A stretch of DNA of 63,464 bases, filler included, from Octopus bimaculoides (lineage: Eukaryota): assembly GCF_001194135.2 (NCBI RefSeq). It is 5 parts of 5 records of this genome, joined end to end, with 100 filler letters (N's around TTAATTAATTAA, not from the genome) between each part and the next. Parts side by side here need not be neighbours in the genome. Positions count along the whole stretch, not along the records: positions 19,994 to 33,498 come from NC_069003.1; positions 33,599 to 57,262 come from NW_026314721.1; 3 more parts are not named here. The stretch is one strand, 5' to 3'. Positions 23,038 through 36,160 of this stretch are shown piece by piece. A program made the position numbers and the translations under genes. Position 1 is the stretch's first letter. Each line of letters starts with the position of its first letter. The notes under the pieces were generated by a model. That model did no database searches and was not told where the DNA came from. It worked only from the letters and a program-made list of their open reading frames with translations.

Positions 23038-23984
23038 AGAATTTTAAATATTCTTCCGTGTCTGCTTGCGCAATGGTAAGCCTTCTCACATCCGAATGCA
23101 CTCGAACTTGTTAAATGTGACTTTACATGTGTGTGTGTGTGTGTGTGTGTGTAATCAATAAATACATTATTCTGACATTCGTTTGTAACGAATATTTATC
23201 TTTGTCAAAAACAAAACCAAAAAATTCACTTCCCCAGTTTGATCGATTTTGTTTGTCAAATGGCTATTTTTATCCAATAAAGAAGACTTCATGTTGTCAA
23301 ATTCTGAACTAAAATCCGTTTACTGCTGCTACTGCTGATTAATCTTAGTCTGTTCTTGGTCAATCGGTGATCAGCCACTTAAGGCTAATTTACTTCTGGT
23401 GTTGTCCGCTAAAGATCATCGTTGGTAGTCTATCTCAATCAATAAAGAGAAACAACACCACTTCGTTCCCATCGATTCCCTGTCAGTTGGAGAACCACTC
23501 TCACAATATGCCTGCATGCAGGCATATTGGAAATTTTTGATATTTATAAAATATATTTGTCGATGATATGTATATTTTCACATTGTTATGCATTTCATAA
23601 GAACCTTTACTTTCTCGTGAGTAGATAAACAAACGGAAAGAAGTCTCACTCAATACATTTAGTTGGAGTAATAATATTTAATAACAGTTTGAGTCGTCTC
23701 TATATTACTTAAAGTTTCATGCGCGCAGTACACGTCGACCTCCTCAGACGTGTTCTTTAGTCTAAATCATGCGTAATGATTGAGTGGTTATGGGGCTCAT
23801 TTCACAAATACACGTTCTTTGGTTCAATCCCATTCCGTAGCTTCTGGACCAAGTGTCTTTTATCATAGGCTCGAGTCGTCCCAGACCTTGTGAATGAAAC
23901 TTGATACTTAGAAACTATGCAGAACCCCGTCTGACAAATTAAACCAGAAGCACAGAGATCCGGTCTTGTTACACACTGTGCCAC

Positions 23985-24270
23985 GCGGATTTCATCTGAG
24001 GAGGAAACACGTTTAAAGTACACGTATCTGGAATATTCAACCACTTCCACGTTAATTCAACTGACAGAGAGATCAGCTGATCTGACGATCTAACAATCGA
24101 ACTCTCATCGTCGAAACCGACTGAGATCCATTCACTTTCACTCTTCATTTTATTTTACCTCATCACGTGTGTCTATTTATACCATTGCCTCTAAGTTGTA
24201 ATTTATATCTTCTCTCATCAGTGTTTATTTAATCATTTCTCTCATCAGTGTTTATTTAATCATTTCTCTC
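23985..24270 (+). mobile_element. Probable Penelope-like 3' remnant with degenerate HHR-like motif
   Basis: CTGACGAT.TAACAATCGAACTCTCATCGTCGAAACCG at ~24081-24119, followed by a 27-bp tandem duplication (24210-24263). Confidence 0.4.
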
Positions 24271-24535
24271 CAAAACAAACGGCCGTAATAATTTGTTGAC
24301 AAATCATTTATGATATCAAGAAATGATAGGTGTCATTTCATATATGTCTTCCTTGCAGTTTGAAAAAACCCAAACTCTATTCCCATTTCGGTGCCAAAGA
24401 TCAAGAATATGCAAATTGAAGTATGGTAAATACACATATATGAACAGTATGAGATGTGTCTTCTCAGACGGATATAGAAATCCTCTTTGGAGGGAAAAAT
24501 ATCTAATTTTCTTCTTGTTTATAATGTGTTACCTC

Positions 24536-24610
24536 TTCTTCTTCTTCTTCTTTTTTTTCTTCTTCTTCTTCTTCTTCTTCTTCTTCTTCTTCTTCTTCTT
24601 CTTCTTCTTC
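24536..24610. repeat. (TTC)n microsatellite
   Basis: Direct reading. Confidence 0.97.
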
Positions 24611-25041
24611 AATAAATCATGCTTGAATCGTGAAGAATTTGTCCTTTGGGGATTTCAGTACCAATATTTTCTTACTCGCATTTCTGTTTACTCTGCATTT
24701 ATTGGCTCAACTTATTATGGTCTCAGATGTGTATATGTCTGAGCGTGTGTGTGTTCATATGTGTGCATGTGTGTTTTATGTACACGCATACACACCCACG
24801 TACTGTAATGGATGCATATACATTATATATGTATGTGCGAGTGTGTATACGCGTGCATATGAATATACACACCACATACACACGCACTATAAGTGTTTTC
24901 ATATACTTATGCATACATATATTCGTATGTATGCATGAATGTATGTATGTGTATATATGTGTGTGTGCATGTGTGTATATATATATATACATATATATAT
25001 ATACATATGTGTATATGTATGTATATATGTATGCATGTATG

Positions 25042-25073
<32 letters not shown>

Positions 25074-25174
25074 CATATATAGATAAATAAATATATATAT
25101 ATGTATATGGTATATGTATGTATGTATGTATGTGTGCATGTATGTATTTGTGTGTGAGAGAAAGAGAGAGAAAG

Positions 25175-25240
<66 letters not shown>

Positions 25241-25699
25241 TGTGTGTGTATAAACCAATCCTTGTTTATATGTCTTCCGGAGGAAATATAAGATATGTTT
25301 ACATTTGCCAATAATCTTACTTGGTGATTAAAAAACACATTAAGTTTACCTTAGTACATATTCAAAATAGTACTTGCTTGTTAGTGTTTACATACAAAAA
25401 ATACGAATAATTCACAACATACTTATGTTAGAAATGTGTGAATTTGTTATAATTTTATATAGGTAAACCGCATTAGTTGATCCTTTACCTCAGTTAGTCT
25501 GTAATTCCATACAAATGGTTGAGTATGGAACCGATTGGTATTGCGGGTCCGTTACAGTAGGGAGGTCGGTTTCATCAGTACCTTGATTAGGGCTTCAGCA
25601 AATCAAGATCGACCCCTTATTCTTTCTGCGATATACTATCGTATGAAATGAAGGCTGATATCGATAGACGTGTCCGGGACAAGCGCCAGTATCTCTTTA

Positions 25700-26110
25700 C
25701 ACTCTTTTACTCTTTCACCTGTTTCAGTCCTTTGACTGCGGCCATGCTGCAGCACTGTCTTTAGTCGAGAAAATGGACCCCAGGACTTATTCTTTGGAAA
25801 CCTAGTACTTATTCTATCGGTGTCTTTTGGCGAACTGGTACTTATTCTTATCCCTCTCTTTTGCTGAACCGCTATGTTACGGTATCGCTGTCAAGCGATG
25901 ATGGGAGACAAAGGCACACAGACACACACAAACTCACACATACACATACATAACGGGTTTCCAGGCAGTTTCCATCAGCCAAATTGACTCACAAAGCATC
26001 GATCAGTCTTGGTTATAGTAGAAGACTTTTGCCCATGATGCTGCTTAATGAAAATGAACCCGAAACCACGTGGTGGCAAAGCGAGCTTTTTAACCACACA
26101 CTTTGGCCCA
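25700..26110 (-). mobile_element. SINE family A, full length
   Basis: Reverse complement of both halves (TTTACTCTTTCACCTGTTTCAGTCC..GCGGCCATGCTG..CTTATTCTATCGG..TAGTAGAAGACTTTTGCCCA..GAACCCGAAACCACGTGG). Confidence 0.85.
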
Positions 26111-26136
26111 AGGACAGGAATCGTTTGGTGGCGAGT

Positions 26137-26355
26137 GGGGGTCGGTACTCGTCGATTACATCGATCCAGTATTTAACTGGTACTTTATTTTATCGACCTC
26201 GAAAGTATAAAAGGCAGAGTCGACCTCGGAGGGTTTTGAACTCAGAACATTACTGTTAAGGCGGCGAGGTGGCAGAATTGCTACAACGCGGCGCACAACG
26301 CGTGGCGGCATTTCGTTTGTCTTTACGTTCGGAGAACAAATTCCACTGAGGTTGA
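26137..26355. mobile_element. Two SINE family B copies in opposite orientation
   Basis: Minus copy 26137-26250 (GTCGATTACATCGA..AAGGCAGAGTCGACCTCGG..TTTGAACTCAGAAC); plus copy from AAGGCGGCGAGGTGGCAGAATTG. Confidence 0.8.
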
Positions 26356-27152
26356 AGAATCGGAAGAAATGCCGCAAAGCATTTTTTTCGACGCTCTAAA
26401 AATTCTGGCACCTATCAGCCCATCATCATCATTGTCGTCTACATCAACAGCAGTAGCAGCTCTACCACTACCGACACAACCATTACCACCACCACAACCG
26501 CCACCACCACTACCACCGCTACCACCACAGCCACACCACCACCGCCGCCGCTACCAAGAAGAAGAAGAGCAACAACAACAACAACAGTAATAATAAAAAT
26601 AAAATCGGATTAGAAAAATGCGCCAGAGATACGGATTAGCAAAATGCGAAAGTGATTCGGATTACGAAAAATATATGAATGCAATTTTGATGAGCGGAAA
26701 TTTAATTATGAACAGTAATATCATGTTACATTACAAAACTGAGATGGAGAATTAGAACAAACGCTAACATACAAACTGCTTGGAATGAATAATTTAAACA
26801 GTCTTTTGTTATTTCTACAGATATTCTATAGAACTTCTAGCCACAATCTTTCGTATCGAGATGTCAGATGTAAACAGACGATGTACCTACAAATCTTTAA
26901 GATGTAAACAGCGTACAACACTCATAAACGAAAGAGAAGTTTAGGAGGGAATATTTATAGAGTAGGTTAGTACATAAAACAAAAGTAGGTCTTAATTCGC
27001 AGGTTGTGCTAGTAATAAGTTATAGTTAGAATATTCTGTATTGAGTGCTAAATGAACTTGCAAGACGTTAAAAAAAAAGGATCTTTTTTTCTAAAAAATG
27101 GTATCTTTTTCCTTTCTAATTATGACACAATTTTGAAGAAATGGAGTATATT

Positions 27153-27309
27153 AGGCGCAGGAGTGGCTGTGGGGTAATTAGCTTGCTTACCAACCACATG
27201 GTTCCGAGTTCAGTCCCACTGCGTGGCACCTTGCGCAAGTGTCTTCTACTATAGCCTCGGGCTGAACAAAGCCTTGTGAGTGGATTTGGTAGTCGGAAAC
27301 TGAAAGAAG
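27153..27309 (+). mobile_element. SINE family A, 5' half (consensus-like)
   Basis: GGCGCAGGAGTGGCTGTGGGGTAATTAGCTTGCTTACCAACCACATGGTTCCGAGTTCAGTCCCACTGCGTGGCACC..GAAACTGAAAGAAG. Confidence 0.92.
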
Positions 27310-27829
27310 AGGTGCTCAGTATATTGATAAAAACGAATACATCTCTTGCGTCAAAACGTTAATAAAGTAAATATTAAAGCAGAAATACAATCTAAAACAC
27401 GCGACTCGTCTACGCACAGAAGAAACACATAGCATCGTTTCAATTAAAGATCTCTGATGACTAGAACATTTCACCGTTGTAGAATCAATATCAATAGATA
27501 AAACTTCAAAAGTGATCTGGTTGTGCAGATGTAATGCTATATTAACAATCACCTGTACACAACAGTCAGACTAGATTCTCTGCAGTAAACCTCTAGCAGA
27601 GAAAAAATATATTTATCTCCTGATATCTTCCTTTTTCTAACTCAAAACTGCTCTAAACAAAAACAACTAATTATGCCTGTTCTATATATAGTTAGAGCAA
27701 GAGGTAAACAATGCCGCATCAAGATATTGTGACCTTTCAAAGAAATTGATATACGCTGAGATAAATTCTAAGTTTTCGTCCAATGGAATGAAAAATCTCT
27801 CTCCACTTCTCTTCCTTGCTCTCTTTTGT

Positions 27830-28158
27830 TCTCCCTCACTTTCTCTTTCTCTTTCTCTCTTTCTCTCTTTCTTTGTCTTTCTGAACCACCTAGTCTCTTT
27901 CATTCTCTCCCCATCTCTCTTTCTATCTCTTTCTCTACCTCTTTATCTCTCTGTCGCTCTGTACCACTCTGTCTCCTTCACTCTCTCTTTTTCTCTCTCT
28001 TATTCTCTCTTTTCCCTTTCTTTTTCTCTCTCTCTCTCTCTCTGTCATTCCGTCTCTGCCACTCTCTCTCCAATCTTTCTCTCTCTCTCTAATCTTTCTC
28101 TCTCTCTCTAATCTTTCTCTCTCTCTCTCTCTTTCTGTCTCTTCCACTCTCTCCCCAA

Positions 28159-28190
<32 letters not shown>

Positions 28191-28345
28191 TTCCTATCTC
28201 TCTGTCTGTGTCCCTGTGTCTCTTTCTTTGTCTGTGTCTCCCTTTCTCTCTCTTTCTCTTTCTCCCTCTCTCTGTACCACACTGTCTCTTTCACTCTCTC
28301 TCCCTCTCTCATCTCTCTCTCTCTCTCTCTCTCTGTTTCTTTCTT
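27830..28345. repeat. Long CT-rich polypyrimidine tract
   Basis: Direct reading; explains the S/L-rich and R/E-rich spurious ORFs. Confidence 0.95.
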
Positions 28346-28966
28346 TTCCCTGCAAGAGACAAATAATTGATGACGCCTACGAAGTACCATTGTTTCCCTT
28401 CCATTTACCAATAAATCTAAAAACTAGTAATTTTGATAATGAAACTAATATTTTATTTGTTTATTTATTCATTCACTTATTTATTGATATTGCTCGTATT
28501 ATTTATTTATTTATTTTGCTAGTATCAAAACAATCGAAAATATTTTAATTCTGGACATAAATGAGTCGTAGTTAAACATTTAAGCTAGTCGATACACGGC
28601 TTCAGGTGAATACTCCATCACATAATATTAAAAAAAAAAAAGATTCTAAATCAATGCTATTTCATTTAAATATAAAAAAAGGTTGTGAGCTCATGTAAAA
28701 AAAAAAATAGAAAACACAGAATCCCTATCTCTGTAGAATTAAACAACAGCAAACTATCTTTAACTATTTCTGTTAATTAGATTTATGTATAAATTAATGA
28801 TTATTTGCTCTCGAATCACCATATTAATCAAAACATTAAAATAGGCAAAGGAAATATTATTGTCTGTACGACTTCGTTGCAAAACAATTAAATTTGTCAG
28901 AACGCCAGCGAATATACGATTTAGTATTTTTACTTAGTGATTTGATTTGATTTGATTTGATTTTAG

Positions 28967-29057
28967 ATGCTTCAGAAAATTACTGAAAGGAGGTTACACT
29001 ACACTGACGAGCACCAACGTGAAAGGCTTTTGGAGTTGTCTCCCTTTTTGGAAATTT
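28967..29057 (+). CDS. Weak candidate exon (91 nt); two frames open (MLQKITERRLHYTDEHQRERLLELSPFLEI or CFRKLLKGGYTTLTSTNVKGFWSCLPFWKF)
   Basis: Acceptor (TTTGA)n-ttttag|A and donor TTT|gtatga; unique sequence. The second frame is phase-compatible with the 991-1104 exon. Confidence 0.25.
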
Positions 29058-29139
29058 GTATGACAGCTAATAGTAATTTTGTTTTAGATAGTATTTTAGT
29101 CGGCACTAGTATCAGATAAAGAAAGACATTTTTTGCAGA

Positions 29140-29530
29140 GATATCTTTTATCTTTACTTATTTCAGTCATTGGACTACGGCCATGCTGGGGCACCACATT
29201 GAAGAGTTTAGTTGAGCAAATCGAAACCAGTACTATTTGTAGATCTAACACTACCTCTATCGAACTGCTGAGTTACGGAGACGTAAACAAATCAGCACTG
29301 GTTGTCAAGCGGTAGGTGGAGACAACTTGACAACCGGTACTGCTTTGTTTACGCCCCTGTAACTTATTGGTTTGGAAAAATATCCCGATAAATATCCCGT
29401 GGTTGTGTAGTAAGAAGCTTGCTTCTCAACCACATAGCCCTTTGGCAGGTGTCTTCTGCTATAGCCTCAGGTTGACCAAAACCTTGTGAGTGGATTTGGT
29501 AGACGGAAACTGAAAAAAGCCCATCGTATG

Positions 29531-29587
<57 letters not shown>

Positions 29588-29800
29588 CTATGTGTCTATG
29601 ATTGTCCTCCCGTCAGCGCTTGACAACAGGTGTTGCTGTGTTTACATCCCCTTATCTAGCGGTTTGACATTAGTGACCGATAGAATAAGTACTAGGCTTT
29701 AAAAAGCGAGTCCGGGGTCGATTTGTTCGACTAAATCCTTCCAAGACGCTGCTCCAGCATGGCTACAGTCAAATGATTGAAACAAGTAAAAGAATAACGG
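29140..29800. mobile_element. SINE family A cluster: minus-strand 3' half followed by a plus-strand full copy
   Basis: Consensus matches on both strands, forming an inverted pair. Confidence 0.85.
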
Positions 29801-32400
29801 AGTAAATATATGTGTGTGTGGTGCGCGCGCACGCGTTCGTGTGTATGTGTGCACGATAGATACGTAATAACATCAGCTAATGTTACTACACATTAATCTC
29901 GTCGCAAATATTGAAATCCGGTGTGGAACTTTGCTATGATGAACATTAGCTGAGTAGCCCTTCCTGCTGCGATAAGTGACTGAGAAAATAATTTCCATGT
30001 GGAGATAAAAAAATACAAAAGTTCAACATATCAGAACACAGATTTATTTATTAATACCGAAATTAATAAAAATGACGTCAGGCACTATATAGTATCTTCG
30101 GTAACGCAGTCGACCTGCAAACAATAGAAACCCCCCGTCTATTTTCACTTGCAGATAAAAGATGAAAGTTAAAAATCACATAGAGCAGATTGTATTGTAC
30201 CAAAATTAAGAGGTATGACATTAGGCATTCTGTAGTGTCATTTGTAACGCAGCTAGCCTGCAGGCCACTGTTATCTGTCTGTTGCTCGATTCCTGTTCGT
30301 GGACCTGCGCCTCTTCTGATTTTCAAATTACTTCATGTATCATTTCATATTCAAAATCTTGGTATTTATTGTACGCTTGATGTATGTTTAATCATTTTGA
30401 TTATTAAATCTGGAATATTCTGTGGCATTAGAAATTAAGGTTCATGTCTGCTCAGCGTCTTATTCATAGCTTCAAGAAGGCGAAATTGCTTTGTAGTATT
30501 TTTAACAACTGCTTATATTCTGAGTTCGAATCTCACCGATGTCAACTTTGCTTTTCATCTCTCTACATTGAGATCGATATCATTGACTAACTTCTTCGTC
30601 CTCAAAATTGCTGACATTGTGTCGAAATGTAAAACCATTACTTATAGCATTTGATTGTGATAGCAATTAATTGAATACCACAGTAATGGAAGCAATTTAA
30701 AGCTTATTATCGCCGTAGTTTAGACTTTGTCAGCTGTAACTGACCAGGCTTATCAACAAAGATGTTCTCACCGTGACCATTCAGTCATTTTAGGTGTACA
30801 AAAGATTAAATTATTCAATGTTGTCTCTTCCAGTGTAATAGAGTAAAATGCAGCTAGAAGAAGATTTGGCCGCTATTCCTCACAAGTAGACCGACGAAGA
30901 GACTGCTTCATTGGTTTGATCTAAAATTGGTTTCTTAAACTGGTATTGGTTTAGAGATGATGGGAAGGATTCAGACTGTCATATTCAGATTTTCTCAAGA
31001 AGATTAACATTGTATGTAAAAGCGAAACGAATAACTCGCCATCGTTTCTCCGACTCTGCCGTACAGAAGTTCACGTGTACTTTTAAGATAGCTGTGACAT
31101 TAATCATTCATGGAATATCGAGAATCTCTACTCCGTTTCAGTTTCTGTCGTCCAGAGTAATGAGTAATAAACATCATTCAATATAAAATGCTGGTCTATT
31201 TTGGATTACTACTTTTTCTTTTAAGAATCTAAGGTAAAAAAAATACATCAGAGCAAAAAGATCTACTGTTGAAGGATGAAGCCAATGAGGGAGAAAACAT
31301 TTTTCCGGCGGAGGAAACATTCCTAAATAAAGAAGGGATTTATTGCCCTAGAGCTTAAAGACAAATTCTATTAACTATTAACTCTTCTTCCCCTCCCTTC
31401 AACTAATCACGTGAAAGCGTTACAGACGGGCTAAGTAACGGAGGAACAAGCAGAATTATTATAAAGTAATAAAGCCAGCGATAAGCTATTTGTGACAAGG
31501 CAGGATGGTCACTATTAGAATGCCTTTGATCATTGGTCTACTCGATCAGGACTGATATTGTTTTATTCTTCAAATGGATTCAGTCTTTAGATTGCAAACA
31601 TGAAGGGGGGCCATTTCTTTCCAATTATATTCTTCTTCCAGCCCGGTGGTTATTTTATCGATCTGCATTTACGGAAATTGCTGGGCTACGCTTTTCACAC
31701 GGCACCAGTTTTTGAACAGATATACGCAAAAACACCTCAAACGGACATCTTGATATATGGTTATACAAGAACGAAAAGAACAAAAATGATAATAAATCAA
31801 TAAATCAATGCATAAAAAAAAAGAAGACAACGGTGAACCATCCACATCAAATTCGAACTCGGCATCCGTAAACTGGTATTATAAAACTTTATATAAGGAT
31901 GTAATTGAATCATCATCCCATTAGTGTCAGATACAAATAAACGATTACCAACTGATTTGCTCGCCATACTATTTCTATCCGACTGTGAACAAATCGGCGT
32001 CGAATGTTTCGTTCGTTTGAATACGACAAGTAGGCCTATTTTGGACAATAAATGTTTCTATTCATACATCGATGTATAAATTACTATACAAAGTGTTTGT
32101 TACCAAGCCGATGAGAAAAAAAAAAATCAATAAGTTGCCCCTAGCAAAAGTTGAGCACTATTGAGGTTCTATAGAAAACATAACAGATACATAAGAACAC
32201 TGCTCCATTATTTCTTATTTGATTTTGGTATTACGCGTGCGCGCACACATGAACATACACGTCTTTATACAATACTTGTGGAGGGAGTATAATAGTGTAA
32301 CATTGAAGCTCTTCTGCGTATTTCCGCCTTTATGTTTTATAACTTTCCTTTTCATGTTTTTGGTCTATCTATCTATCTATCCATCTATATGTCTGTCTAT

Positions 32401-32444
<44 letters not shown>

Positions 32445-32895
32445 TTATTTATCTACCTGTCTATTCGTCAATCTATTTCTACATACAACAATATATATGT
32501 ACATACGCTCGATATATATATATATATATATATACATATATATGTACGTATACATATATATACAATACAATGTATATACATGTAGATTATAATATATACA
32601 AATATACATATACAGTATATATATATTTATATATATACATATATATACACACACACATATATATGCCTATATATATACTTATATACAAAAATGTATATAT
32701 ATATATATACATGTATATGATATACATATATATATACACACATACACACACACAATACGCTTCTAGTTTCTCATTTTCAATGCCTTACATTCTATCGTTT
32801 ACGTCTCTCCTTCTCACCTCTTTTCTTCACCAAACGCTTGCACATACGCTCCCACACACACGCGTACGTGTGTGTGTGCATGCATATGTATGTAT

Positions 32896-32945
<50 letters not shown>

Positions 32946-33455
32946 AATGTGTATAAAAACATACATACGTTATACATAAATGCAATATACACACACATAT
33001 AATCACTTATCTTTTTATCTCTTCGCTCTTACGTTTTATATTTTTTTTTACTCCACTTTTGAATAATTCTACATCATTTTTTTCCCCCCAGTTTATCAGC
33101 AATATTAGAAAAGAGACGTCCTATGCTACACTTACTCTTATCAGACTTTCTAACTACTTAACTGAGAACTAGAAGGATACACACACACATTTATACACTC
33201 ATATATATGTATATGTTCGCGCGCGCATGTATTTAATGACGGCATGTTCAAGGTTGTAGGGGGGAAAAAACATGCATCTAGATTCATATAGCTTTTAACT
33301 CACTGGGCATCTGTTTCAACAGCAGTATATTTCGTGGTTTTACTCTAACATGAATATGTATGCACTTTACCTATCTAGACGTATTATACATTCATACACA
33401 AATGTGTGCATATATGTACTTATAGGAAAAAGCGTATACACATGTATACGTGCAC

Positions 33456-33498
<43 letters not shown>

Positions 33499-33799
33499 NN
33501 NNNNNNNNNNNNNNNNNNNNNNNNNNNNNNNNNNNNNNNNNNTTAATTAATTAANNNNNNNNNNNNNNNNNNNNNNNNNNNNNNNNNNNNNNNNNNNNTA
33601 TGAATTTGAAAAATCCTAAAAATTTGAAAATCCTACAAGACTAGGTGAAAAGCGCTTTATATGATTTATAAAACATGTGACATATTAATAAAAAATCTGT
33701 AAGTGTACAACCATCCAGATCTCTGAGAACCTTAATTTTTTTCTATAATATAATTCCTGTACATCACCTCCAAACCTTCTAATATATATATATATATAT

Positions 33800-34021
33800 A
33801 TGAGGAGGTGCTGGAATCTTCCTGGCTTTGGGTAAAAGAAAAAAAAAGGAGGATCAGTTAATTATGATTTTATTCAACATATTCCCCTCTCAGATTCACA
33901 CACTTATAGCAGCGGTCCTTCAGTTTTTTCTAAGCCCTGTAAAAGAACTTGGAAGGCTGGGCCTCCAACTGAGTCTTCTGCGATACCCTTAAAGCCAGGA
34001 GCTTTACAGCCACCCCCTCGT
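33800..34021. mobile_element. Mariner-type MITE (non-autonomous, ~220 bp)
   Basis: Imperfect terminal inverted repeats (T)GAGGAGGTGCTGGAATCTTCCTGGCTTT and AAAGCCAGGAGCTTTACAGCCACCCCCTCG; the left end is inserted in a (TA)n tract. Confidence 0.7.
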
Positions 34022-34231
34022 TAAGGATGGAGCAGACCTGAGAGGGGAGAAAGATGCTGACGGCGCTAAAAAGAGATGATTGGTGGAAGCTAAGTGAACA
34101 AGGAAGTTTTTGAGAAATAAAAGTAGTTCTACAGTGATGTGGAGGAAGTTAACCGAGGGGAGGGAATACCAGCGGGGTGTACCTACTCTGCTCTTGGGTG
34201 ATTAGGGTAGCTAAATAATACCATTTCTGTG

Positions 34232-34277
<46 letters not shown>

Positions 34278-35302
34278 CCTCTACTCCAATTACCAAAATA
34301 CATTACATAAATATGAATCCACAAAGGAATTGCTGAAATTACAGACATCAATGATGGCCAGACTTGGTCAAGTGTGGACACACAGACACACATATATAGT
34401 CATATAAGTCCATACGTGAATATATACACACATACACACACACATACAGACATAGGTAAATGTGCACATAAATACATGTATTTACAAGCATATGTGCATA
34501 TATGTATATATATATATTATATATATATATATATATATAGATATTTTATATATGTATATATTCTATATATANNNNNNNNNNNNNNNNNNNNNNNNNNNNN
34601 NNNNNNNNNNNNNNNNNNNNNNNNNNNNNNNNNNNNNNNNNNNNNNNNNNNNNNNNNNNNNNNNNNNNNNNNNNNNNNNNNNNNNNNNNNNNNNNNNNNN
34701 NNNNNNNNNNNNNNNNNNNNNNNNNNNNNNNNNNNNNNNNNNNNNNNNNNNNNNNNNNNNNNNNNNNNNNNNNNNNNNNNNNNNNNNNNNNNNNNNNNNN
34801 NNNNNNNNNNNNNNNNNNNNNNNNNNNNNNNNNNNNNNNNNNNNNNNNNNNNNNNNNNNNNNNNNNNNNNNNNNNNNNNNNNNNNNNNNNNNNNNNNNNN
34901 NNNNNNNNNNNNNNNNNNNNNNNNNNNNNNNNNNNNNNNNNNNNNNNNNNNNNNNNNNNNNNNNNNNNNNNNNNNNNNNNNNNNNNNNNNNNNNNNNNNN
35001 NNNNNNNNNNNNNNNNNNNNNNNNNNNNNNNNNNNNNNNNNNNNNNNNNNNNNNNNNNNNNNNNNNNNNNNNNNNNNNNNNNNNNNNNNNNNNNNNNNNN
35101 NNNNNNNNNNNNNNNNNNNNNNNNNNNNNNNNNNNNNNNNNNNNNNNNNNNNNNNNNNNNNNNNNNNNNNNNNNNNNNNNNNNNNNNNNNNNNNNNNNNN
35201 NNNNNNNNNNNNNNNNNNNNNNNNNNNNNNNNNNNNNNNNNNNNNNNNNNNNNNNNNNNNNNNNNNNNNNNNNNNNNNNNNNNNNNNNNNNNNNNNNNNN
35301 NN

Positions 35303-35680
35303 CTAGGAAGCGGTCCAGCTTCCTAGGGCTAAATGGCAGTAGTGTGTTCCCTTATTGGGATTGTCACATTAAGTTGACAATATACTACAACTTTGTCGCT
35401 CCACTACTGCTTAAATCTCTCTGAGAGATTTAGAAATATTATATTTCTAATTTTGCTGATCAGTGAATGAACTTCACTATGATTTACATAAGTTTGTGAA
35501 GGAGAGACAGGCCTCTGTGTTTGGCTGCTAGGCCACTTCAGGCTGATGACGAGCAAAGCCTCAGAAACATGCCCCTGAATGCTGGCTAAGCTGGGTGGGG
35601 GAGCTTGTCTCCCCTTCACAAATTTAAGGACACAGTAATTGTGTCAAGGCCGACAGGAAGCGGTCCAGCTTCCTAGAGAG
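35303..35680 (+). mobile_element. Penelope-like terminal repeat region with decayed HHR
   Basis: Direct repeat AGGAAGCGGTCCAGCTTCCTAG at 35305 and 35655 (~350-bp period); HHR-like motif at 35537-35579. Confidence 0.55.
35537..35579 (+). ncRNA. Hammerhead ribozyme motif, cleavage triplet mutated (GTC to GCC)
   Basis: TTCAGG-CTGATGA-cGAGcaaagcCTCa-GAAAC-AT-GCC-CCTGAA: perfect 6-bp stem I and a GAG/CTC stem II. Confidence 0.55.
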
Positions 35681-35816
35681 TTGGGGGTTCAACCCACTAA
35701 GGGATAGTATCTTATCCAGTATACTGCTGGGAAGGTACCCAATTATTGCTACTCTAGTGCTATCCTAGGTGCAATCAATGGGAGCGGGTAAAAGTGGAGG
35801 TTTTACCCAAAATTTG

Positions 35817-36117
35817 TGTAACAATTAGAAAATGGAGGATAATATGCTGAACCCAACTACTTGCAGACGGTGTATCCCGTTGAATTCATTATAAACTTCT
35901 GTTCATCCTCTAATTCCTAATGTACTTTCTACCTCTATATGTAAACCATGTTGGCAAAATAACAGTCTGCCATGGACACCTGTGCTTTAGTTCTTTCTTT
36001 CTTTTTCTTTTCTTCCTTTCTTTGTCACTTTTGCTATGAATTAAATTAATGAATTCAACGGGATACACCGTCTGCAAGTAGTTGGGTTCAGCATATTATC
36101 CTCCATTTTCTAATTGT

Positions 36118-36121
<4 letters not shown>
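35817..36121. repeat. Perfect 75-bp inverted repeat with a 155-bp spacer
   Basis: 35817-35891 is the exact reverse complement of 36047-36121. Confidence 0.95.

Positions 36122-36160
<39 letters not shown>

Noticed and set aside
24360-24426. Strong plus-strand acceptor (tcttccttgcag) with a short open frame (LKKPKLYSHFGAKDQEYAN* or FEKTQTLFPFRCQRSRICKLKY)
   Set aside because: Two readings are equally plausible and nothing discriminates between them without RNA data.
27310-27560. Possible degenerate GIY-YIG (GAQYI..) or minus-strand 78-aa ORF
   Set aside because: The motif is too decayed to support, and no recognisable domain is present.
29004-29030. CTGACGA..GAAA hammerhead-like core
   Set aside because: Stem II overlaps the GAAA, and no stem I or NUH site is present.
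31233-31372. 45-codon acidic open frame (..KDLLLKDEANEGENIFPAEETFLNKEGIYCLELKDKFY*)
   Set aside because: The acceptor is weak and all three minus-strand frames are also open, so it is not distinguishable from background.
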